Source of the DNA: Bradymonadia bacterium
Lineage (GTDB): Bacteria > Myxococcota_A > Bradymonadia > UBA7976 > UBA1532
DNA: 64,000 nucleotides
Direction of reading: 5' to 3'
NCBI GenBank assembly: GCA_046290225.1
Contig: JBKAGE010000035.1
Location: 256,001 to 320,000 of the forward strand
Shown: positions 38,445-47,372 of the stretch, piece after piece
Numbering within the stretch: position 1 is the stretch's first letter
How the letters are laid out: every line of letters starts with the position of its first letter
The notes under the pieces: generated by a model
The model's input: only the letters and a program-made list of their open reading frames with translations
The model's database searches: none
What the model was told of the DNA's origin: nothing
Translations under genes and position numbers: made by a program

Positions 38445-39752
38445 TCAATCCTGGGTCAGGGTGAAGGTCTGGTCCACGGGCTGCCCTGCGTACTCACCGT
38501 GCACCCGTACGCCAAGCGCCCGGAACGGGATGAGATCGGAGACGTCGATGACGTCGGAGATGAAAGCCCCCACCCCATCAGGGTTGTAGGTCATCGCAGC
38601 CTGGATCTTGTAATCGGGGTTCGAAGCACCATCTGCAGCCCAAAGCTCGAGGCTCAGCGTTTCCCCACCGAGCAGAGCGTCGTAGTACATCTCGGTCACT
38701 TCACCGGTGATGAGGAGCGCCGCCCGCTCGCCATCAGACTCGAAGCCCACCACCTCGACCTCTTTGATCATCTCCACCGGCTCGACGACGGGCGCCTCAA
38801 CCGTAATCTCTGCGGCGGTGAAGTTGCCAGGGGTGAAGACGAACTGCTGATGCACAGACTCGCCGTTCAGCTCACCGGTGATCTCCACGGTCATCTGACC
38901 CCAGGGGAGCAAATCGGAGGTGTCGAGCGTGCCGGAGATGTATGCGCCGACGCCGTCGACATGGAACACCAGGGCGCCGGGGATCTTGTAGTCGTGGTTC
39001 GAGGCGCCGTCAGAGGCCCAGAGGCTGATCTGCAAAACATGCCCGTCCTCCAGCGTGTTGTAGAATTCGTCACTGGGGTAGGCCACCAGTTCGATGGTCT
39101 CCTTCTCACCATCAATCTCCTCGTGGCTGATCATCTCCAGACCAGCGACGAGCTTGATGGTCTCGGGGGCCATGGCGACACACGCGGCATCGACACAGGC
39201 CTCACCTGCACCGCACTCAGCGTCGACCATGCAAACACCAGTGTCCATCGGCTCGACCGTGACCTGACCGAGATCATTGCCGTAAGTGAAGACGAAGTCG
39301 TCGTAGCCCCGCTCACCAGTCAGGCGCATCTTCATCGTGTTCCAGGGCAGGAAGTCTGACGCGTCGACGAGATCAGAGACGAAGGCCCCTGCGCCGTCGA
39401 CGTGGTAGGTCAAGGTGGTGTTGATCTTGAACTCGGGGTTGGCGTCGCCATCGAGGAGCCACATCTCCACCTTCAACGTCTCGCCATCGACTGCGTCGTC
39501 GTAAAAGGCGTCGGCCACCTCGGCGGTGATGTAGAAGGTCTCCTTCTCACCGTCGACGACCTCGTGCTCCAACAACTCCACCGATTTGATGAAGCCCACC
39601 TGAGTGGGTGTGGTGTCTTGCTTGCCATCCGCACCCGCGCCCTCGGCGGCAGGGGCTTCAGGTGCCGCCTCTGGGGCTGTGGTCGCCGTCTCGCCACCAT
39701 CACAGGCAGGGAGCAAGCAGAGGCTGAGCAGAAGTGAAGCTGTAATGCGCAT
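38445..39752 (-). CDS. Acidic lipoprotein with three ~110-aa tandem repeats
   Basis: Lipobox LPAC; three copies of W-x-x-DG-x-x-N-x-(D/E)-(Y/F)-KI...DG-x-GA-(F/Y)-(I/V)-S...D-x-SD-x-x-P-(W/F); four-Cys motif between repeats 1 and 2. Confidence 0.85.
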   Translation of the reverse strand: MRITASLLLSLCLLPACDGGETATTAPEAAPEAPAAEGAGADGKQDTTPTQVGFIKSVELLEHEVVDGEKETFYITAEVADAFYDDAVDGETLKVEMWLLDGDANPEFKINTTLTYHVDGAGAFVSDLVDASDFLPWNTMKMRLTGERGYDDFVFTYGNDLGQVTVEPMDTGVCMVDAECGAGEACVDAACVAMAPETIKLVAGLEMISHEEIDGEKETIELVAYPSDEFYNTLEDGHVLQISLWASDGASNHDYKIPGALVFHVDGVGAYISGTLDTSDLLPWGQMTVEITGELNGESVHQQFVFTPGNFTAAEITVEAPVVEPVEMIKEVEVVGFESDGERAALLITGEVTEMYYDALLGGETLSLELWAADGASNPDYKIQAAMTYNPDGVGAFISDVIDVSDLIPFRALGVRVHGEYAGQPVDQTFTLTQD

Positions 39753-39904
39753 GGGTCGACCTCGGATGTGCGGGATGTGTTCAGTGATGAGCAATGATCG
39801 ATCCAACCCCGCACGAGACGCGTTTTGGCCGTGAGCAGGCACGATCTACGGGGCAGGTGGCCAGTGCATTGGCCGGGAAGGGTCAGCTGAGGTGGTCACA
39901 AGAG

Positions 39905-42097
39905 TCACCGGTGGTGATGGCTCTCGATCCGCATGGGGTCGCTTAGAATCACGCGCACCAGACCGTGTCGATCTGTGCGCCACTGTTCGATGTTCCGCTG
40001 ACGATAGCGACGCCTCACCGGCCCATGAGGAAACCCATATCGATTGTCCCGGCCGGTGGTGAAGATCACCGCCCGAGGGCTCAGGGCATCGATGAAACCT
40101 GCTGTGCTGCTGGTCTTGCTGCCGTGGTGGCCCGCCTTGAGCACATCCACCGGCTTGATCCCACGAGCGACGAGCCCTGCCTCGGCCTCTGCCTCTACAT
40201 CACCTGTGAGCAGCATGCTGCCGCCAGGGCCATCGAGCCGCACGACCAGCGACGCGTCGTTCTCTGACCAGTACGCCGGGCCTCCGACGGCGAGAAACCG
40301 AACCTGCAGCGCCCCGATTGACTGCGCGTCCACTGGTGGTCGACGTGGCCGTACCCCACGTCTCGCCAACGCTTTGGCCATACGCTGCCCATCTGGCCCT
40401 CGGGGCCAGCGACCATTGTAATAGAACGCCTCGATGGTGATGGCGCGATCCTCGAGCAAGGGCATGAGCCCGTTGAAGTGATCGGGGTGCCCGTGGGAGA
40501 GCGCCACCCAGCGCAGCCGCGTCACCCCCTGACGATGCAGGTGGCTCAAGAGCACCCGACCGGCGGTGTCGGGGCCACCGTCGATGAGGGCAGCCCCCTC
40601 AGGGGTAGAGATCAGCAACGCATCGCCCTGACCTACGGCCAGGCACTCCACCATCAGCGTAGATGATCGATTGCCCAGCCAGAGCACCCCCACGACCAGC
40701 GCAACGACCATCGCCAGACGAGCTCGCTGCAGGCGTATACCCAGAGCCACGATCAAGGGCGCAGTGAGGGGCAGAGCCGCCTGAGCGCCCACCATCACCC
40801 CGCCATCGCCCCATCGGGCCAGAATCAACGCTGCCTCAGAGAGCCACCCACTGCAGTGTGCCGCCCAGAGCAGAGGCTGCTCGGTGAGGGGAAACACCAC
40901 GAGTCCGAAGGCACCCAGAGGCACCACCACGAAGGCGGCGATGGGCACCAACAACAGGTTGGCCAGAGGTGCGATGGGCGTCGCCGAGCCAAAGTGCCAT
41001 GCCTGAATCGGCGCAGTTGAGCACGCCGCCAGCGTGGCCACCGCCAATGCCCCCATGGGCCCCGACCAATGCCTCGGCGCCAGGATCAACGCCACCACCG
41101 CGCCGAAGGACATTTGGAATGCAGGGCCCTGCCAGGCCAGAGGATCGTCGACGAGCACCCAAATCGCCGCGGCGCCAACGAGGTTGAGCGGATCAGCAGG
41201 GCGCCCCATGGCCCTGCCGACGAGAGCCACCGCAGCCATAATGCCCGCGCGGGTGGCGCTCAACGGGTGCTGGGCGAGGGCCACCATGATCCACACCGCC
41301 AGGATCGCCGGGGCCACGGCCCATCGAAAGGGCAACGCTGCGCCCAAGCGCCGGGCCAGCCACGTCACCAGTGCCATCACCGAGAGAGCAAGGCCTCCAA
41401 CATGCAGCCCGCTCACGGCCATCAGGTGCGCCAACCCCGATCGTTGGAACCCCTGCCGTGCGCGATCATCTACGGCGTGTCGATCGCCGAGGAGCAAGCC
41501 CATCAACACCGCGGCCCCTTGTGGCGCCCCGATCGACTTCAGGCGACTTCGAGCAACTTCTCGGGCCCGCAGCGCGAGCCCGGGTGTACCGGGCGTGACC
41601 ACCTGCACGACACCACGGCCCAACCACGCCACCTGATCTCGTGCCAGGTGAGCGCCGTGATCGAACTGCCAAGGGTTGTCCACGGGGGTCGGAGAGCGGA
41701 TCGCGCCCGAAAACCTCACGCGGGCACCGGGGGCCATCTCGGGGTTGCGTGCGTCGAGGATGATCCTGAGTCGCCATGGGCGCACCTGATCGGGGGCGAC
41801 ATCAATGACGTAGCTCGGTCCTCTCGTGTGAAGGGCAACAATCTCACCGACGAGGGGGCTCTCTGGTGGGGGCGGCATCTCACACGACCAGCGCCCCGGG
41901 CCCATGCTCGCCAGTGCCCCAGCGGCGAACCCCAACAACCAGAGCCCCACCACCACCTTGTGCACCATCACCCAGGAAGACCCGAGCGCGAGCAACACCC
42001 CTGATGCCAACGCCCAGGGCCAGAAGCCTGGCTCCATCGCCACAGGTACGGTGCCAACGACGAAGGCGATGGCGATGTGGAGCCAGGGGTGCTGCAC
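39905..42097 (-). CDS. comEC: DNA-uptake channel ComEC/Rec2
   Basis: GLAHLMAVSGLHVG, FQMSF, LANLL; MBL domain VGQGDA, SHGHPDH, NDASLV, GHHGSKTSS, NRYGFPH. Confidence 0.93.
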   Translation of the reverse strand: MQHPWLHIAIAFVVGTVPVAMEPGFWPWALASGVLLALGSSWVMVHKVVVGLWLLGFAAGALASMGPGRWSCEMPPPPESPLVGEIVALHTRGPSYVIDVAPDQVRPWRLRIILDARNPEMAPGARVRFSGAIRSPTPVDNPWQFDHGAHLARDQVAWLGRGVVQVVTPGTPGLALRAREVARSRLKSIGAPQGAAVLMGLLLGDRHAVDDRARQGFQRSGLAHLMAVSGLHVGGLALSVMALVTWLARRLGAALPFRWAVAPAILAVWIMVALAQHPLSATRAGIMAAVALVGRAMGRPADPLNLVGAAAIWVLVDDPLAWQGPAFQMSFGAVVALILAPRHWSGPMGALAVATLAACSTAPIQAWHFGSATPIAPLANLLLVPIAAFVVVPLGAFGLVVFPLTEQPLLWAAHCSGWLSEAALILARWGDGGVMVGAQAALPLTAPLIVALGIRLQRARLAMVVALVVGVLWLGNRSSTLMVECLAVGQGDALLISTPEGAALIDGGPDTAGRVLLSHLHRQGVTRLRWVALSHGHPDHFNGLMPLLEDRAITIEAFYYNGRWPRGPDGQRMAKALARRGVRPRRPPVDAQSIGALQVRFLAVGGPAYWSENDASLVVRLDGPGGSMLLTGDVEAEAEAGLVARGIKPVDVLKAGHHGSKTSSTAGFIDALSPRAVIFTTGRDNRYGFPHGPVRRRYRQRNIEQWRTDRHGLVRVILSDPMRIESHHHR

Positions 42098-42170
42098 GAC
42101 GGCCTCGGGAGGGGTTTACCCGAGATGTGTCGTCGTGGGCTGATGTGCCGCGCTTTTCAGTGAGCTGCCG

Positions 42171-43547
42171 CTATCGCCGGGGCTCTTCGGTCATGAACTC
42201 GGCATAGAGGCCGTTGCCGATTTTGCGTTGGAACGTCACCGCGCCCAAAGCGTTCACCAGCACCGAGACTACGATCAGAGCCTTGAAGGTCCGGGTGAGG
42301 GGGCGACCGCCGAGGGCCAGACAGACCAGCAGGTAGGGCAGGAAGTCGAGGGCGAAGCGGTAGCTGAACTGGATCCAGCCTGTGTTCTGGTACAGCAGCA
42401 AAGGCACCAGGATGACCACGGCGGTGATCCCCGCCACCTGCGCCAGCGGATGACGCCGCTGAGGCCAGAGCACGTAGACGATGGCGGGCATGCTCACCCA
42501 GAGCGCCATACCGTGCTTGCTGAGCTGCACATAAGGCGCGTGATCGGTGAACTTGGGCATCAGGGTGAAGGCCGCGGTGAGGTTCCGGTTGATGAACTCG
42601 GGGTGGAACAGGCCGAAATCTCTGATGCGGGCGAGGTGGCCCCCGGCGAGGTAGGTGTGGCCGAACTCGAGGGGGTTTTCGAAGCGGGCGTAGTTGTAGG
42701 CCATCAAGGCCACCCCCACCACGAGGCACGGGGCGCTGAAGAGCGCAAAGTCACGGATGATCGAACGCCGATCAGCATCTTGCTTCGACCACCGCTGCCA
42801 CAGCTGCAGATAGAAGAAGACCGCGCCGAAGACCAGAGAGGCCCGGGTGGCGAAGCCGCAGGCGAGGGCGATGCCTGCGAGGAGCGGCTTGCGGGCGTCG
42901 ATGGCCCACCAGATGTAGAGCAGGTTGAAGGTGACCCCCACCACGAGGGCGGTGAACCACACCTTGCCCATGACCCCACACCACAAGTGGGCGCTGCCGA
43001 AGGTGAGCAGCGCTGCGAGCCAGATGTGATCTGAGTCGCTGCGATCGCTGTGACCCCTGTGCCTGAGCTGTCGCAGCACCAGCCATGCCAGGACGAAGTT
43101 CAGGGCGGCGAAGATCACTGTGAAGATCACGTCGTTGGTGCCATATCCGATGGCGGCCACCGAAGGCAGCATCAAGATCGCAGGCATGGGCGGGAACGAG
43201 ACGAAGTGCTTCGTCTCGGCGGCGCCTCGATCTGCCCGTGGGATCTCGATGTGGTCTCCGGCGAGGGTGCGGAACTCGTTGCCCTTGCCCTTGCGGCGAG
43301 TGAAGAAGCCCTTCACCTCGCTGCCGTACTTCTCCGCCGACGCCCCTTTGAGCTGTTGTACTTTGTAGCTCGCCCAATCGTTTCCGTGCGGTGGCTTGCG
43401 CTGTAGCTCGGTGCTGCCATTGAGGAAGGCGTCGGCGAGATAGACGAAGTGATTGTCCTGACTGTGGATCCGCAGACGCACGTTGGCGAAGGCGCAGAAG
43501 ACGCCGAGGGCCACCAGGAACAAGATCAAAGGGGTTCGCCTGCTCAT
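42171..43547 (-). CDS. Polytopic membrane protein, probable GT-C fold glycosyltransferase
   Basis: Many TM segments; YLADAFL, FPPMPAILMLP, NYARFENPLEFG, YRFALDFLP. Confidence 0.6.
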   Translation of the reverse strand: MSRRTPLILFLVALGVFCAFANVRLRIHSQDNHFVYLADAFLNGSTELQRKPPHGNDWASYKVQQLKGASAEKYGSEVKGFFTRRKGKGNEFRTLAGDHIEIPRADRGAAETKHFVSFPPMPAILMLPSVAAIGYGTNDVIFTVIFAALNFVLAWLVLRQLRHRGHSDRSDSDHIWLAALLTFGSAHLWCGVMGKVWFTALVVGVTFNLLYIWWAIDARKPLLAGIALACGFATRASLVFGAVFFYLQLWQRWSKQDADRRSIIRDFALFSAPCLVVGVALMAYNYARFENPLEFGHTYLAGGHLARIRDFGLFHPEFINRNLTAAFTLMPKFTDHAPYVQLSKHGMALWVSMPAIVYVLWPQRRHPLAQVAGITAVVILVPLLLYQNTGWIQFSYRFALDFLPYLLVCLALGGRPLTRTFKALIVVSVLVNALGAVTFQRKIGNGLYAEFMTEEPRR

Positions 43548-43616
43548 CGAGGCGGCAGGTAACACGTTCCCTCACTTTTGCACAACTGCCCAGAGGGTGA
43601 GATACACTGAACCATC

Positions 43617-46600
43617 ATGGGTGAGCACGGGTTTACACTGGGTCGATTCGAGCTGAGCCACTTACTCGGTAAGGGGGCCATGGGATCTGTGTGGGGTGGG
43701 GTCCACATGGGCACCGGGCGGCCCGTGGCGGTGAAGGTCCTCCACGACAGCGCGCTGCGGGACCAACAGCGCATCAGCGCCTTCAAGCACGAGATCCAGG
43801 CCGTCAGCGCCGTGGATCACCCCGCCATCATCCAGGTCTTCGATCATGGCATCATCAGCAAGATGGCTGCCGCCGACAGCGAGGGTCGCCTCACCGCCGG
43901 CAGCCCCTACCTCGCCATGGAGCAGGCGGCGGGCGGGCCCCTTTCCAGCCATTGCGGGCTGCTGAACTGGGCCGAAGTTCAAGGGGTCCTACTGTGGCTG
44001 CTCGATGCACTCTCTCATGCCCACGCCCGGGGCATCATCCATCGCGATCTCAAGCCCTCCAACGTCTTGCTCACACAGGAAGCCCCGGCCATCAGGCTCA
44101 CGGACTTCGGCCTCGCCCGAGCGGTGGCGGAGGTGGACGCCGGGGTGGCTGCAGTGGCCGGTACGCCGGGTTATATGGCCCCGGAGCAGGTCACGGGCCG
44201 ATGGCGAGATCAGGGCCCGTGGACCGATCTCTACGCCCTCGGCGCCCTGGCCTACCACCTCGCCTCCGGACAGCGACCCTTCAAGGGGGCCAACCCCCGG
44301 GACACGATGCGACTGCAGCTCGTGGTGCCGCCGCCCCCCTTCGAGCCCTGCTGCCCGGTGCCCGACGGCTTCGCAGAGTGGATCACCCGGCTGATGTCAC
44401 GATCTCCACAGGATCGATTCCTGCGGGCCGCCGATGCCGCGTGGGCCCTGTGGCGGCTCGATCCCGTAGCGGGTCACCGGCTCGACACCGTGTGCATCGC
44501 CGGGCAGTACGCCGGCCGGCCGCCGACGCTCTACTGGTGGGCCCCCCAGGTAGAAGACGACGACGACATCACCGGGCGTATCACCCCACATCACGAGCAC
44601 ACGCTCAACGACATCCCTGGCCTGGGCACCCTCGAGATCTCTGCCCTCATGAGCCTCGACGGCGAAGAGCGGCCGCCCTTCCCCCTCGACTGGCGCGCCG
44701 TGGGCACCGGCGGTGATCTGCGCTCGATGAACGAGCTCGGGCCGGGCTTCCAGGCGCTGCGCACCGCGCCCATGGTGGGGCGAGTCGAAGAGCGAGATCG
44801 CCTCTGGGGTCTTCTGCAGCAGGCCGTGGAGCGCGAGGAAGCCCAGGTGGCCATCATCGAGGGGCTCTCCGGTGTGGGCATCAGCCGCCTGGCGCGGTGG
44901 CTCTGCGAGCTGGCCCACGAAGCCGGCGTGGCCACAGTGCTCCAGGCCTTCCACGGCCCCGAGCGTGGCCCCGGTGACGGCCTCGGGCCCATGCTGGTGC
45001 GGCACTTGAAGACCAGCAACCTCACCTCGGTGGCGCTGCTCGACCGTGTGCTCAGCGCCTTGAGCGACCTCGGGGTGACTGATCCCGTGGAAGGGCAGGC
45101 CCTCGCCGACGCCCTGGAACCATCGACCAGCCTCACCGCTGATCCGACGCTGCCGGGCTCCATGCTCGATCTCGACCAGCCACACAGCCAGAGCGATCCG
45201 ATCTTGAAGTATCTGCTGCGGCTCAGCCAGGCCCGGCCGGTGATCCTCTGGCTCGACGATGTGCACTGGAGCCTCGACGGCCTGCATCAAGTGGCGGAGA
45301 TTTTGCGGATCTCCGGCTCGGAGCCCATGGCCATGATGGTGGTGCTCACCCTGCGCACCGATGGCATGCCCGAAGAGGGCCCGGAGCAGAGCCACCTCGC
45401 CGAGATCGCCGCCCACGCCCGCTCGACCCGTCTGACCCTGGGCCCCCTCGCCGAGTCGGAGCTCAGCGCGCTGCTCATGCTGCACATGGGGATCGCCCCC
45501 AGGCTGGCGCAGCGCGTCACCGAGCAAACCCAGGGCAGTCCGAACTTCGCCATCCAGCTCATCAGCAACTGGATCGAGCGTGGGCTGTTGGTGGAGACCC
45601 TGCAGGGGTTCGACCTCGCCCCCGGTGTCAACGCCGAGCTCCCCGATGACGTGCACGCTCTCTGGATCCAACGCCTCGACCACCTGCTCGACGATCCGGC
45701 GACCGGTCAGGCCTTCGAGATCGCCGCGACCCTGGGCCTGCACGTCGATCCCGAGGAGTGGTCCACCGCCTGCGCTCATGCGGGGCTCCCGGCCAGCCTC
45801 GCCGCCCTGCACCGCCTCATCACCCACCACCTCGTGGCCCGAAACCCCGGGGGACCCAGCGCGCGGTGGTCCTTCATTCACGGCGCTATGCGAGAGAGCT
45901 TGTTGAGGCGAGCGCGAGACACCGGGCGAGCCACAGCCCACCACATCGCCTGCGCCGCAGCCCTGCAGCGCAGGCTGGGCCCCGAGACCGCAGAGCGCCT
46001 CGGGCGACACCTGCACGCTGGTGGGCGGCCTCAAGACGCCATCAAGCCGTTGCTCCGTGGGGCCCGCATCGGCATCACCCGTGGCCTGTACACCGACGCC
46101 ATCAGGCTGCTCGACCTGAGGGAAGACGCTCTCAAGAAGCTCCAGGCCACCGGCGCGGACGCGCGATGGGGCGAGGGCTGGCTGGTGCGCGCAGAAGCGC
46201 TCTCGCGCTCGGGTTACGAGCAGGCAGCAGAAGGGTGGGCCCGCCTCGCCATCGAGCACGCCCGCCTGCACCAGTGGTCCGATCTCTACCCCAGCGCGTT
46301 GGAGCTGAGCGGCCGGCTGGCCCTCAACCGCAGCGAGCTCGATCTCGCCCGCGAGCTCTTCGAGTCGGCCATGCAATATGCCGAGCACATCAATGACGAT
46401 CAGGGTGTGGGCATCTGTCAGCTGGGCATCGCCCGCGTGTGTCGACACCAGGGACACCTCGATGAGGTCTTCACCTTCGCCGAGCAGGCAGGGGCCCGGT
46501 TTGCCCAGACCGGAGACATCGAAAAAGAGGCCCGCACCCTCTTCATCCTCGGCGAGACAGCGCTCCACCGCGGTGATCTCGAGGGGGCCATCGCCGACGC

Positions 46601-47156
46601 GACCCGAGCTCTGGAGCGCTACACCGAGGTCGGTTATGGCCCCGGCATCGCCCGCAGCGAGGGGCTCCTGGCCCACGTAGCCCTCGCCCGGGGCGATCTG
46701 TCCGTCGCCGAGCACACCTACCGCACGGCCATGAGCACCTTGGAGCACCTGGGCCGATCACCGAGCCCCAGGCTGTCTCTCGGCCTCGCTCAGGTCCTCA
46801 CCCTCAAAGGCCAGGGCATCCTCGCGCGATCGATGCTCCGACCACTGAGAGACACCCTGGAGCAGACCGGCCGTACGCTCTTGAAGCTGCGGGCGGAGGC
46901 CCTGTGGTTGCTGACGACTGATCCCACCCTCAGAGATCATACCTGGCCCGATCAGATCGAAGCGCTGCTTGAGAAATGCCGCAGGTTCGACGGCGCTGAT
47001 GCTGATCTGGCCTGGATGCTCGAACACATCGCCAGCGATGTGCACGGCCTCTGGCCGGACCGGGCCCGCGACATCGCCACCGAAGCGGCGAGTCTGTGGC
47101 AACGCCTGGGCCGCGCGGCCGACCTCCGCCGCATCACCGAGGCATATCTCACCTGA
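43617..47156 (+). CDS. Ser/Thr kinase with P-loop NTPase-like and TPR domains
   Basis: LGKGAMG, VAVK, HRDLKPSN, DFG, GTPGYMAPE; MVGRVEE, GLSGVGISR, LWLDDVHW, GSPNF; helical repeats at the C-terminus. Confidence 0.92.
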   Translation: MGEHGFTLGRFELSHLLGKGAMGSVWGGVHMGTGRPVAVKVLHDSALRDQQRISAFKHEIQAVSAVDHPAIIQVFDHGIISKMAAADSEGRLTAGSPYLAMEQAAGGPLSSHCGLLNWAEVQGVLLWLLDALSHAHARGIIHRDLKPSNVLLTQEAPAIRLTDFGLARAVAEVDAGVAAVAGTPGYMAPEQVTGRWRDQGPWTDLYALGALAYHLASGQRPFKGANPRDTMRLQLVVPPPPFEPCCPVPDGFAEWITRLMSRSPQDRFLRAADAAWALWRLDPVAGHRLDTVCIAGQYAGRPPTLYWWAPQVEDDDDITGRITPHHEHTLNDIPGLGTLEISALMSLDGEERPPFPLDWRAVGTGGDLRSMNELGPGFQALRTAPMVGRVEERDRLWGLLQQAVEREEAQVAIIEGLSGVGISRLARWLCELAHEAGVATVLQAFHGPERGPGDGLGPMLVRHLKTSNLTSVALLDRVLSALSDLGVTDPVEGQALADALEPSTSLTADPTLPGSMLDLDQPHSQSDPILKYLLRLSQARPVILWLDDVHWSLDGLHQVAEILRISGSEPMAMMVVLTLRTDGMPEEGPEQSHLAEIAAHARSTRLTLGPLAESELSALLMLHMGIAPRLAQRVTEQTQGSPNFAIQLISNWIERGLLVETLQGFDLAPGVNAELPDDVHALWIQRLDHLLDDPATGQAFEIAATLGLHVDPEEWSTACAHAGLPASLAALHRLITHHLVARNPGGPSARWSFIHGAMRESLLRRARDTGRATAHHIACAAALQRRLGPETAERLGRHLHAGGRPQDAIKPLLRGARIGITRGLYTDAIRLLDLREDALKKLQATGADARWGEGWLVRAEALSRSGYEQAAEGWARLAIEHARLHQWSDLYPSALELSGRLALNRSELDLARELFESAMQYAEHINDDQGVGICQLGIARVCRHQGHLDEVFTFAEQAGARFAQTGDIEKEARTLFILGETALHRGDLEGAIADATRALERYTEVGYGPGIARSEGLLAHVALARGDLSVAEHTYRTAMSTLEHLGRSPSPRLSLGLAQVLTLKGQGILARSMLRPLRDTLEQTGRTLLKLRAEALWLLTTDPTLRDHTWPDQIEALLEKCRRFDGADADLAWMLEHIASDVHGLWPDRARDIATEAASLWQRLGRAADLRRITEAYLT

Positions 47157-47372
47157 GGAGCGGGTTGTTCATGGACAGGGGTGGCCTCAGGCCTTACATC
47201 TCCCCCTATCACATGATATCATCCGACACCGTCTCACTTGATCCACTGACGAGGGGGACCTACCCTTCGTAAAGGTCCATACATCTGAACACCATGTCTC
47301 ACGCGCCCCACATGTGCCTCCACCTGACCAGCTTCCCCGAGCTCTGGTCCTCCGATCTCATCGGGTCGAGAC

